DNA of 60,620 bases, filler included, from Squatina squatina (lineage: Eukaryota), in NCBI GenBank assembly GCA_031763465.1. It is 3 parts of 3 records of this genome, joined end to end, with 100 filler letters (N's around TTAATTAATTAA, not from the genome) between each part and the next. Parts side by side here need not be neighbours in the genome. Positions count along the whole stretch, not along the records: positions 46,743 to 60,620 come from JARFOE010000232.1; 2 more parts are not named here. One strand, given 5' to 3'. The stretch's first letter is position 1, and the number at the start of each line of letters is the position of its first letter. Under the pieces are notes generated by a model. That model saw only the letters and a program-made list of their open reading frames with translations, was not told where the DNA came from and ran no database searches. The translations under genes and the position numbers were made by a program. Of the stretch, positions 49,285 to 60,620 are shown piece after piece.

Positions 49285-49410
49285 GTGCCGCCCTATGTTG
49301 ATGTTATAATGCATACCGTTTGTTTAGTGTGGGCCAATTCTAGATATTACAACACCCCTGCGAGGATCATAGTTATCTTACAAGAAATTTTCAATCTCTT
49401 CATTGAGATG
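49285..49410 (+). CDS. DNAH17: Axonemal dynein heavy chain exon
   Basis: [28 protein letters not shown]. 126 nt, AG/GT bounded. Confidence 0.78.
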
Positions 49411-49676
49411 GTATGGAATATATTTTTGATTGCATAGTGCTTTTCAAACAGCATGTTATCGTTATCAACCTTTTACAATATGTTACACTTATAATCTGGG
49501 ACTTAGACTTTTACCTATTTGAGAAACAATTGCTTATATTTTTCCAATATAGAAACAGAAAATGATGGAAATACTCNNNNNNNNNNNNNNNNNNNNNNNN
49601 NNNNNNNNNNNNNNNNNNNNNNNNNNNNNNNNNNNNNNNNNNNNNNNNNNNNNNNNNNNNNNNNNNNNNNNNNNNN

Positions 49677-49884
49677 AGTACCCAATCCTAGTTGATATGA
49701 TTAATCATGAGTTAGATGATATCAAGTCAGTGTTTGATGCACACTTGATTGCAACTGCAGCTAGGGGCGGTGTTCCTACTATCAACAGAAATATGCCACG
49801 TGTAGCTGGTGAACTGAAATGGGCACTGGAAGTTAGTGAAAGAATGGAAACATCAATGAAGAGTTTCAAATCCATTGATCATTC
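49677..49884 (+). CDS. DNAH17: Axonemal dynein heavy chain exon, 5' end in a gap
   Basis: INRNMPRVAGELKWALEVSERME. gtaagt donor. Confidence 0.78.
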
Positions 49885-50800
49885 GTAAGTGTTTAAATTA
49901 AGTCAATTAACTTTTATAAAAAGGAACAGAATAAGTATGGCGGGGGTGGGGGGGGTGAAGTTACTTGCCATTTTTGATGCAGTAACAATGTATAAACGAT
50001 GCAGGGATTTTTTTTCTTGCAAGAAAATTACCCGATTTTCACCATGAAAATACTTCATCCAAGTTTCCTTGCGCTTTTTCACCCTTCCTGCGATATGCCC
50101 ACTGTGTCCTGACTGACCTAACATATATCATGATGAAGGCCAGTGGTGCTGCAGATCTAAGTTTCCTGCTTTTCCACTCCTAATGCATTCTGGGTAACAA
50201 ACTGAGCTTAATAAGCTGTCACTCTGCCAGGTTCAACTGACACTGACAGAGTTTTTGAGACAGAAGACTCTGGAGAGTTTGAATAGCAATTTATGAAGCT
50301 GGGAAACAATTTTTACAACAATTTATTTTTGCCACCTTCCCTATACATACCTCAAGTTGCTTCTAACAAGATCAGACCACCAGTAGAATGTCATGCCCAT
50401 ACACAGTGAGGGCTTCTCAGGCACAGGTGTGACAGTCCCTACAGGCATACTCTGGTAGGCAATTATCATGGAGGAATAGGAAGAGAATCACAGGGTAGTG
50501 GAAAGGTTACTCATAAAGCATTTAAGGAGGATGTACCCGACCAGATATTACCCCTTCCCCATAGAATATACAGGCAGAACAAATGTAGCTGGATCTTACT
50601 GAGGAGTTGTGTAAAAGAAGAATGCACTTCCCCAAAGCAGCAGCAGGGCGGCTCTCACCTACTGCATGAAGATCTGTAGCCGTACTCAACCCCCACACTN
50701 NNNNNNNNNNNNNNNNNNNNNNNNNNNNNNNNNNNNNNNNNNNNNNNNNNNNNNNNNNNNNNNNNNNNNNNNNNNNNNNNNNNNNNNNNNNNNNNNNNNG

Positions 50801-51055
50801 ATAGATCTAGAAGAGATGACAGATTTGTCTGAGATGCGAGAAGAAATAATGTCTCAAGTGATAAACATAATGAAACACGCTGAGGATTATGAAGAATCAT
50901 TTGATAATTATTCATATTTGTGGGTGGATGATCGCAATGAATTTCTGGAAGAATTTCTGATATATGGGCGTGTGCTCACTCAGGAGGAAATTGAATCTTA
51001 TGGCGAAGGAGGTGTTCCTCCAACTCCACCTACTCTTGAACAGTTTAAAAATCAG
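50801..51055 (+). CDS. DNAH17: Axonemal dynein heavy chain exon
   Basis: DLEEMTDLSEMREE...YSYLWVDDRNEFLEEFLIYG...PPTLEQFKNQ. GT donor. Confidence 0.78.
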
Positions 51056-52099
51056 GTAATTTTATGTTACATGATATATAGATATAAGCCTGGAAATGAC
51101 TGCAATAGAGAGATATTACCATGTGAATGATTAACACTTATGTATCAAATTCCTTTCTCCATTTATTTTAATTGGGTTAATGTCATCTTTAAACGAGCAG
51201 AGATACAATGTGTTGAATGTTTATGTAGTAACATTGTAATTTACTGGCTATGGAGAAAATTAAGTGTCTTTAAGTATGTTACAAGGTTTCAGATAAATCA
51301 ATGATTGAGACACAGAGGACCCGAAATTGGCTACCTCTTAGTGCCCCTGTATCGCCGGGCATAGGCGTTGTTGGGGCGCTAAGAGTTTTTTCCCGTTGGT
51401 GGTGGGTCAGTCGCCTCGCGGGATATTCGCGGGCAGCTTTGCGGAGGCATCCACAGGAGATGCCTCCGCAGGCCGGCGCGACGTCCTTCTCGGCGGCACA
51501 CAGTAATGGTAACGTCATCACCTTGCACGCCACCCCCTGAGCGACCCGGTAGAAAATTGGCTCATTAAATCGGAGGGGTCGCCTGGAGTGAACAACGACA
51601 AGAAAAGCTGTCGCCGCAGAGGCAGCCCCTGACGCAGCACCATTTTGTCAAGGTCTTTATTGATGCACAAAGTTACATAGCGGCGAGTTGGAGGGAGGAG
51701 GAGTGTGTGTAAATGCTGTTGCCCATGCAGCAGCCACAACATTGTAAGAAGAAGTTTATTGAGCTGTAAGTTTTCAAAGGCCTTCAGAATGCCATTTATA
51801 GGGGAGTTTTTAAATTGATGTAAACTGCCGTCAGATAGGAATCGTACTCTGTCCTGTCTGATGCAGATTGCTGTAGTGAAACTGGACAGTTGGTTTTGCT
51901 TCCAGCTGGTGATGAAACCGTGTTCCTCCTGAGAGTAGTCATGGCAATGTTATTTTTACCCAAATTAATTGCTGCCTGTTATTCTCCAACTAACATTTTG
52001 GCTGGCTGGTTTGAAACAGATGCTAGGTGACCTTCCGGTAATCCATCATCTGGGTGACTTCATTAAGATCAAACCTGTCATTGGCTGGCCTTAACCCCT

Positions 52100-52265
52100 T
52101 CATAGAATCATGGAATAGTACAGCACAGAAAAAGGCCATTCGGCCCATTGAGTCTGCACCGGCTCTTTCAAAGAGCGATCCAGTTAGTCCCACTCCCCTC
52201 GTTCTTTCCCCATATCCCTGCAATTTTTTCTTCTTCAAGAATTTACCCAATTCCCCATTGAAACA
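52100..52265 (-). mobile_element. CR1 3' tail
   Basis: catagaatcatggaatagtacagcacagaaaaaggccattcggccc. Confidence 0.8.
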
Positions 52266-52869
52266 ACTATTGACTCCGTTATTTCTCTCTTACTTGGTAC
52301 ATCTCTTGTGATGATCTCTGAAGCTTACCTTTGCTTTGTTGTGATAGCTCGTGTTTCAGTGAAGTTACAAAGCGGCCCGCTTGTCGATCGTGCATCATTC
52401 TGTCTGTGCACCATTGTTAGTGAGATGTGATTGATGGAAGCTGTCGTGTGGCCACAACAATTATGAAATTTGGAGAATGAATGCGTGACAGTCTTGCAGC
52501 AATCTCAGTTTAGCATTTGGTGACCATTCTATTGCTGTGACATGAGATTTCTCCGTTCTTATCTGCATTCCGTTAAACATGGTCATTTTTGAAAGCAGCT
52601 TGCAGATTTCCTGGTGTTAGTTAATCCAGAGAGATCTACTTTCACTTTCACCCTTGGTTAATCAAGGAATTCCACAGCGTAAAATCAAGTGCAGATACTT
52701 AAAAATTAGCATTTTAATCAGTAGTCCTCAAATTCTGTGCAGCGGATGTTTGAAAATTGTTCTTTTTATGTTTTCAGGATTGCCTGTTCAAATAACGATC
52801 TCCTCAAAAACATCTTTGATCAAGCTTTTGCAGATTAGGTTTTCAAATGATAAAAAGAAATGGATTTTA

Positions 52870-53128
52870 CTTTGAAGGCTGCTATTGAATCTGTATCCAC
52901 CAACCTATCAGGCAGTGCGTTCCAAATCCTAACCACTCGTTGTGTAGTGAAGTTTTTCCTCATCTCCCCTCTGGTTCTTTTGCCAATCACCTTAAATCTG
53001 TGCCCTCTGGTTAACGACCCTTCTGACACTGGTAACAGTTTCTCTTTATTTACTCTGTCAAAATCTTTCATCATTCTAAACACCTTCGTAAACTCTCCTC
53101 TTAGCCTTCTCTGCTCCAAGCAGAACAA
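52870..53128 (-). mobile_element. CR1 ORF2 C-terminal fragment
   Basis: LEQRRLRGE...TRGHRFKVIGKR...QRVVRIWNALP. Confidence 0.88.
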
Positions 53129-53893
53129 ACGAATAAGAGCGAGGGATTGTTATTTAAATCAGTGGACCTTTCAAACATGTGCCAGGTCCCTTCCGTGCGT
53201 TCTGACACGAGATGCTCTTGCTCATTCTCAGGAACAAATGTTTTAAAAATCAGGCCTGCAGTGCTTGTGTCAGCTGTTAGTTGGACCTCATCAATAATTG
53301 CTAGGAAATTAGACTGTTCAGTTAGTCACAATTCTCATTGTAAACTTTGTCGGTGCCTGGTAATTTGTCCTTAATCTTGTTAGACCCAAACCACAATTGG
53401 TTTGGTTCCTGTGACTATTATGGGATGCAGCAGAGGATCAAAATAGATTCACATGACAGCTTGTTGATGATAAACAACTTCCTAATCTGTTTCTTTTTCC
53501 CCCAGTGCTAAGTTGTTTCCCATAGACTTTANNNNNNNNNNNNNNNNNNNNNNNNNNNNNNNNNNNNNNNNNNNNNNNNNNNNNNNNNNNNNNNNNNNNN
53601 NNNNNNNNNNNNNNNNNNNNNNNNNNNNNNNTGGTTCCCTCTTATCTACTCTGCATTTACTTCACAAGGACCAATTCATCAATTCCCAAACATAACTGGT
53701 TAACAATGTCCTGTTCTTCTGCTTGTTCTTCTAAATCTATTTACTGACTTTTCCATTCCTATTGCAGCAATTTCTGGCCCAATCACTTTCCGTGGAAACG
53801 TGCTTCCATTTGTAATTGAGTGATTAATTTGTAATAGTGAGCATTGTTCCAATTACAAAACTAATTTAAAGCATTGTGTATTGGCTTTACTAG

Positions 53894-54116
53894 TTTGAAT
53901 ACTTTGGAGGCTTTCATCAAGGAGACAAATGCTGAACTATCAAAAACTGTGAAAGAAGGGGACTTGAAGAGCCTTATACAAGTTATGGGATATCTGAAAA
54001 AAGTAAAAGAGAGACAGGTGACCACAGATAATATGTTTGAACCTTTGAAGCAAACAATTGAACTACTGAAGACCTATGATGTAGAGATGCCGGAGGAAGT
54101 TCACATGCAACTACAC
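53894..54116 (+). CDS. DNAH17: Axonemal dynein heavy chain exon
   Basis: KVKERQVTTDNMFEPLKQTIELLKTYDVEMPEEVH. AG/GT bounded. Confidence 0.8.
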
Positions 54117-54759
54117 GTAAGAAATAAATCTTTGTTTTATATATGTATACCTTTTATCATTGGTTCAAAAATGAATTCTATGGTGTGAGTAACAATTTCC
54201 TCATCTACTAATACGTTAAATAAATACTCCTGATATTCTTTGAAAGATGTTTCAACTNNNNNNNNNNNNNNNNNNNNNNNNNNNNNNNNNNNNNNNNNNN
54301 NNNNNNNNNNNNNNNNNNNNNNNNNNNNNNNNNNNNNNNNNNNNNNNNNNNNNNNNNCTATCAACTCCTTTAATCATCTTAAGCACCTCAATTAGATCAC
54401 TTTTACACTCAAATGAAAACTAGCCTGCCACATAGATATCCACGTGTTAAACATTTTGTGAATCTTACTCAGTCTGTATCTTCTGTTGCAGACACCACAT
54501 TAACCTTCTTATTGATTGTTACTGACTTTTGCTTACTCACAGTGTAATTGTTATCTATTAAATACAACTCAGTACTATTTTCATTGTTCAAAATGCCATT
54601 TTACCCGTTGAATTTATAAACCATTAAAATGCATGAGAGGAATACTTTGATATATAAATCTTTGATTTGGGATCTACTTAATGCCTTAATTCACAAATAA
54701 GACATTAGAGTAAAATCTACTTTGTGCGTTGATTTTCTCTTATTTCATTTTATCGTCAG

Positions 54760-54846
54760 ATTAACCAACATGGTTTCAGACAAAAATTTAAAATAAAGGC
54801 TCCTTTCAAGTATGACAGTCCAAATCCATATAAGGCTTTAGATAAG
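54760..54846 (+). CDS. DNAH17: Axonemal dynein heavy chain exon
   Basis: INQHGFRQKFKIKAPFKYDSPNPYKALDK. 87 nt, AG/GT bounded. Confidence 0.75.
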
Positions 54847-56039
54847 GTAATTATCAATTTGTATTTTAGTCAATTGGGTTGAAATTGTTCTGCACCATAA
54901 GATTCTTCTTCAATCACTTGCTGCATGTACTAAGGAAGCATTGCAAATCTAGCCATAAGCAATCCAGCCAGGACAAAAAAAAGCAATAACTATCTTTTAC
55001 CCTCACCATCTGTTTATGTAAGTTAATTAGAATTAATTTTTGTTTTCATTTTTTGATTCAATTATCTCCATTTGTTGTTTGATGGAGAAGGATTGAGGAG
55101 GCAGTTCAAGGTAGTGACCGACACAGGGAAATGGGGTAATCTCACTGCAGCCTTAAAAAAAAAATTAAGGGACTGCCCCTTGGAGTTATTTACTTCATTG
55201 GTGGAAGGAATTTCCTATTTGTACGTATGGTTTGAGCTACATTCAGAGAATCAGGAAGACTGTACCTAAAATGTAAGTAGTCTACCAATATTGGGAAACC
55301 ATTCAATGTCTTAAGAAGAAGAATCATGTAGCACAGTGATCAGAAAGTCTGTTGCAACTTTCTTACAAAAAGGATACGAGACTTGTGAACCAACAGTACG
55401 CTACTAAAACAAATAGTATAAATGGATTCAAGAGGTAACTAGATGTGTTTCTGGAAGGAAATTGAGAAATAATAGGCCTGGATATTACAGCACTGAGTAT
55501 TTGCCAACACATTTGTCCTCTGGGTGCTCCCTCAATTGTATGAAGTATTCCTAAGGCCCACCAGAATTGATAGACTACTTACATTTTAGGTACNNNNNNN
55601 NNNNNNNNNNNNNNNNNNNNNNNNNNNNNNNNNNNNNNNNNNNNNNNNNNNNNNNNNNNNNNNNNNNNNNNNNNNNNNNNNNNNNNNNNNNNNTGATCAT
55701 ATTGAATGGCGGTGCAGGCTCGAAGGGCCTAATGGCCTACTCCTGCACCTATTTTCTATGTTTCTATGCTCCTACAGCCACTCTGTATCCAACCACTGCA
55801 ACTTTCTTTTCCAGCACCACCTCCTTGTCCTTCTCGGCTTTCAAAAGTTCCCTTAGGCTGTTTTCTTCCGCTGTGTTTTTGCCCCTGCACCATTCTTTTT
55901 CTACCCTTCCGAGTTGATGTCTGTTTGTTTACGGTCCCATCAAGCATATTGAGATTCTGTTCAAATGAGAAATACTATAGAAATGCAAATTGGTGTTGTC
56001 TTTCCAAATATTAAAATATCTTTCCTAATTCATTTATAG

Positions 56040-56192
56040 GCTCAAAAGAAAATTGTTGCCATGGAAATTGAATTGCAAGCACTATCACAGTCAGCTGCTC
56101 TGTTTGAAGTTTCGGTTCCTGATTGCAAACAGCTAAAAGCCTGCCGCAAAGAAATAGTATTGTTGAAAGAACTGTGGGATATGGCTATTCTT
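56040..56192 (+). CDS. DNAH17: Axonemal dynein heavy chain exon
   Basis: SAALFEVSVPDCKQLKACRKEIVLLKELWDM. 153 nt, AG/GT bounded. Confidence 0.78.
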
Positions 56193-56409
56193 GTAAGTTT
56201 TGCACATCATTTGTCTTCAGGTTTACAAATATAATCATGATATAATGGCATGGATTGATCATTATTATTTGTGATTTCTTCAGAATGAGGCAGAGGTGGA
56301 TGCATATTTTAAAAGTACGTACTTGGGGAGGGATTTTAACTGAGTGCTTTTCCGGCAAGGGGTGGCCAGGGCAAGTGCCAAACGTACATGTAGTGCCAGT
56401 CTCTGCTGG

Positions 56410-57045
56410 TGCATGAGACCCACTTCCTGCTTCTTTGACCCTATTCCCATTAAACTGCTGACCACCCAACTTCCTTTTCTGGCTCCTTTGTTAGCTGACA
56501 TTGTTAACGGTTCACTCTCCTTAAAATCTGCCAGCATCACCCCTCTCCTCAAAACACTAACCCTAGACCCCTTCGTCCTTGCAAACTGCCACCCCATCTC
56601 CAACCTCCCTTTCCTCTCCAAAGCCCTTGAACGTATTGTCATCTCCCAAATCCGTGTCCATCTTTCCCGGAACTCAATGTTTGAATCCCTCCAATCAAGT
56701 TTCCGCCCCTGCCACAGTATCGAAACAGCTTTTATCAATGTCACAAATGACATCCTATGTGACTGTGACAAGGGTAAACTATCCCTTCTTGTCCTTCTCA
56801 ACCTATCTTCAGCCTTTGACACAGATGACCACACCATCCTCCTCCAAAGCTCCTCCACTGTCATCCAGCTGGATGGGACTGTACTCACCTGGTTCTGTTC
56901 TTATCTATTTAATTGTAGACAGAGTCATCTGCAATGGTTTCTCTTCCCCACTCCCGCACCGTTACTTCTGGTGTCCTCCAAGGATCTATCCTTGGCCCCC
57001 GCCTATGTCTCACCTACATGCTGCCCCTCGGTAACATCATGCGAA
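56410..57045 (+). mobile_element. L2-clade LINE RT fragment
   Basis: DPIPIKLL; PISNLPFLSKALE; QSSFRPCHSIETA; LVLLNLSSAFDT; GVLQGSILGP. Confidence 0.9.
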
Positions 57046-57447
57046 NNNNNNNNNNNNNNNNNNNNNNNNNNNNNNNNNNNNNNNNNNNNNNNNNNNNNNN
57101 NNNNNNNNNNNNNNNNNNNNNNNNNNNNNNNNNNNNNNNNNNNNNTATCTCTCATTTTTCCTCAAATATGTGAGTAAGGAGGTCGGACCCTGATAGAAAT
57201 ACAGTGACCATGCATAACTTGCAACTGGAATTTTATTGAAAGAGTTTTACATTTCTGGTTAACACTTTGTCATCAGGCCTTTAGTGAAGGAATATTGGGG
57301 CTAATATAGTCACTGGGTAAGGAACCTTACAAAAAAATGCAAAATTAACAGAACTATTTCTGATCACCATATATGGTGACCTGAGTATGTGTGGAAGACT
57401 TCTTGAGAATATAAAACTATTGTGATTAATTTTCCCTTATATTCTAG

Positions 57448-57600
57448 GTGACTCAGCATTTGGCAAAATTATTTGATAGCATGGCTAAACTGAAGTTCCA
57501 AATGGATGCAGATAACAATCCAATGAAAGTTGGCATTGGCATGTACAGTAAGGAAAATGAATATATGCCATTTGATCAACCGTGCGATTTAACTGGTCAG
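57448..57600 (+). CDS. DNAH17: Axonemal dynein heavy chain exon (linker region)
   Basis: VTQHLAKLFDSMAKLKF...GMYSKENEY...CDLTGQ. 153 nt. Confidence 0.78.
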
Positions 57601-58987
57601 GTGAGTATCACTAAACTTACTGCAATGTTATGATCACTTGATAATGTGTGATAACCTCTGTTATATGCAGCACTCATTTGACCACCTTCACTTGCTCTGC
57701 CTCACTTCTGTTATGCAGTTCACTGGATGTTCTTTCTTGACTCTTTATATTCCAAGGAGAATGTGTCTGAGCTGGTTGCTGCCTGCTGAAGAGTGTAATG
57801 TGGAAAATCATGAATGGCCCAGCTTTATGCTTCTCTTTAGTCACAGGTACATTAATCTTGAAGGACCCGAAAGAAAAATCAAGATGAAGTGTTGCCATAG
57901 TGGATGGTGCCTGCACAAAATACATGGAATGCCTTACTATTGCTGGGCAGAATTACCTATGTGTTAGTAAGTGACTGAGCTTGAAGGGGAAACAATATGA
58001 AGCAGTGAAAGAAGCACTTTGCCGAGTTGGCTGCCACCAAGCTCACATTCTCAATTACCTCCACTTTCACAATTTGAAAGGCTGATTAACATGTTGAACG
58101 TTGACAGGGCTGCCACAAGTTTGGTTTTTAATATGTGGATGTGGGCAACAGACAAGACATACATGGGCAGATTTTCCTCTGCTCTCTGGTGTAACTGCAG
58201 TAGGCAGGGGATAAAGATCTGCTGGGAATCTACTCCATTGGTTCATAACCTGCTGAATTCACTTCCACGGTTTTCCACTATGTGACATTTTGCAAATAAT
58301 ACGTATGCCCAAATACAGACAGATTTTAAAAAAAAACTTACTAAAACGTGCAACATACAACAAGACTTTAAACTTCATATCAATTACAAAATCATTTTTC
58401 CACCCATTCACAGTCAATTACTTTTTTTTATGGTGATTTCTGTCATGATGTAACAAATGAGTGAAAATTGTCAATTTTGAGTCAAAGCATTTTTGAATAC
58501 AGGCAGTTTAACTTGAGAGCAAGTTCCGCTTGAGAGCAAAGTTACTGCATGAATAGCTTCTGTTGGATTATTTTTTAGACAAAGAATCTGTTTGGTTAAG
58601 GACTCTCAATATAAGGTACTTGAAAGAGATGGGTTGAATTTACAATATATTAAAGATCTTGTCTGTGCACAATTTCTTTTCTATTTTAAATTTCTATGTC
58701 CACATTTATAATGGAAACTNNNNNNNNNNNNNNNNNNNNNNNNNNNNNNNNNNNNNNNNNNNNNNNNNNNNNNNNNNNNNNNNNNNNNNNNNNNNNNNNN
58801 NNNNNNNNNNNNNNNNNNNAAGTACACCTGCTCAATTTGCACCCCTTGCATGCTCCATTCCTACCTCATGGTGGGGGTTAAAATTGCCCCCACTATCTCC
58901 CTCAGGACTTAATTAATTATAGATGATCACTTGTGTAGATATTTATACATGTATATAATGCTCACATTGTTGCAATATGTATTTTAG

Positions 58988-59095
58988 GTTGCTCTGACTG
59001 GGATACAGATTGTTTGGAATGGAGAAGTTAGCAGTACATTTGCAAAACTGGAAGAAGGTTATGAAAATGCCATGAAAGACTATCTGAAGAAGCAG
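58988..59095 (+). CDS. DNAH17: Axonemal dynein heavy chain exon
   Basis: VALTGIQIVWNGEV...LEEGYENAMKDYLKKQ. 108 nt. Confidence 0.78.
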
Positions 59096-59615
59096 GTTTG
59101 ATAAATCTTAAGAGCACTTTCCTTTTTTGAATATTATTGATGAACTGTTGACATTTTTGGCAGGTCTTCAGCTGGGAGATTGAGTCCAAAGTTTGGGTCT
59201 TGATCTTTGTCAGTGGGGACTAACATTTGCTGAAACATTGTGGGGCATCAGTCATTCTTTCTCTTCATTTGATGAGGAATAGCAGCCGCTTCAGGGAAAA
59301 TGTTGCAAAATGTCCAACAACATTTAGGGCCCAAAATTCATGAATGCTGTGCAGGAAATGCTGCAGCACGGAATAGCGCCTCAATAGCGCCTGCCGTTGC
59401 TACCACCCGTGTGTTGAAAAATTGGTTGAAGTTTCTGGGATTTACAGGCGTGGNNNNNNNNNNNNNNNNNNNNNNNNNNNNNNNNNNNNNNNNNNNNNNN
59501 NNNNNNNNNNNNNNNNNNNNNNNNNNNNNNNNNNNNNNNNNNNNNNNNNNNNNCTTGAACTCAAATCTTTTTGCCTTACAGGTGAAAATGCTACTACTAT
59601 GCTAAATTAATACTA

Positions 59616-59736
59616 GGGGATAATTTTAGCCTAACTTGCCCAGTGGGAAACTGACATAATTGCATCAGTCGGCCATCATGGCAGTCGATTTGATCCCATC
59701 AGTTTTCCACCGGGCGGGTTAGGTTAACATTACCCC
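59616..59736. mobile_element. About 120-bp palindromic MITE (Harbinger-like GGG termini)
   Basis: ggggataattttagcctaacttgcccagtgggaaactga ... tcagttttccaccgggcgggttaggttaacattacccc form long imperfect inverted repeats. Confidence 0.7.
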
Positions 59737-60274
59737 TAAGTTTGAGTCATTTTGTTAGTATCAGTTCTCTTTCTTAAATAGCCTCCATTAACTCTCCGCA
59801 CACTTCTCTGGCAGTCCTACAATTGCAATATCCCTCACTCTGAAAAATGAGGTAAGGTACTTGTTTAGAAGAAATTTTGATGCAGCAATAGCAAATGTAT
59901 TGATAAAATAAATACATTTACTGGCAATAAAAACAGTTTGTATTTCATATTATATACAAGGTATTCTAATGTCCATAGGTAAGCAAGGTATCTGTTATGT
60001 TTGTGACTTGTCATCAAGTTTCACTGATGTAGTTGAAATGCCCATTGTTTATGAAATGAAATGGATCAAAAACTTTAAATAAATAAAACCAGAAAGAAAA
60101 ATGAAACTAAATTTTTTAAGTGGGAACTTCAATTATTTAGATTTTTATAGAGATTTGGAATATTATGTATTTTCACTTCTAATATTTATAGTTTGCCTCT
60201 GTACGACAGCACCTATGTTTTTACCCCTAGAAGTAGCATAACTATCTAAAGATTGATCTTTTTTCACCATATAG

Positions 60275-60379
60275 TCCTGTGGGAATATCTACAAGGGTCT
60301 GGCACAAAGTGGAGCCTGGGGCTGTTTTGATGAATTCAACAGGATCTCTGTGGAAGTTTTGTCAGTGATTGCAGTGCAG
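60275..60379 (+). CDS. DNAH17: Axonemal dynein heavy chain AAA1 exon (Walker B)
   Basis: [35 protein letters not shown]. 105 nt, AG/GT bounded. Confidence 0.82.
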
Positions 60380-60620
60380 GTAACTTAAAATTTTCAACTG
60401 TCCCCTATTGAAGTATAGCAACAAAATTATAATTCTTCCTTTTAAGTTCAATTTCCACATTTCAATAGAAGTGCACTCCATCTTGTGATGGAAAATCACT
60501 TTCACGGTGGCCCTTTCTATGCTTTGACAATTAAAGTCAGTGGGGTAGATACTCCTTGAGCACCATTTTGGACCTGAAATGGGCATGGGTGGAGCGCATG
60601 TCCTAAGTGGGAGGCCTGAG

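Overview
Vertebrate nuclear DNA, almost certainly from a cartilaginous fish (shark). This is inferred from SacSINE1/Deu-type SINEs, shark-type CR1 tails and Penelope, RTE and Harbinger repeats. The assembly is heavily gapped, with about 1-2 kb contigs joined by 100-N spacers, so genes appear as ordered but incomplete exon sets. Two artificial TTAATTAATTAA linkers (31478 and 46687) split the window into three probably unrelated blocks. Block 1 (1-31433) holds SIKE1(-), an apparently intact FXR-beta/NR1H5(+), SYCP1(+), an unidentified terminal exon(-), ADIPOR1(-), MRPL16(-) and an SLC25A22-family carrier(+). Block 2 (31534-46642) holds ERGIC1 exon 1(-) head-to-head with DUSP1(+), plus a candidate myristoylated first exon. 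Block 3 (46743-60620) holds ten exons of an axonemal dynein heavy chain most like DNAH17(+). There is no prokaryotic-type system (CRISPR, operon). I found no clearly new biological system. The best leads are the unidentified exons and a 39-bp minisatellite with higher-order structure and a long ORF. Gene names come from my recall of vertebrate protein sequences, not from database searches.
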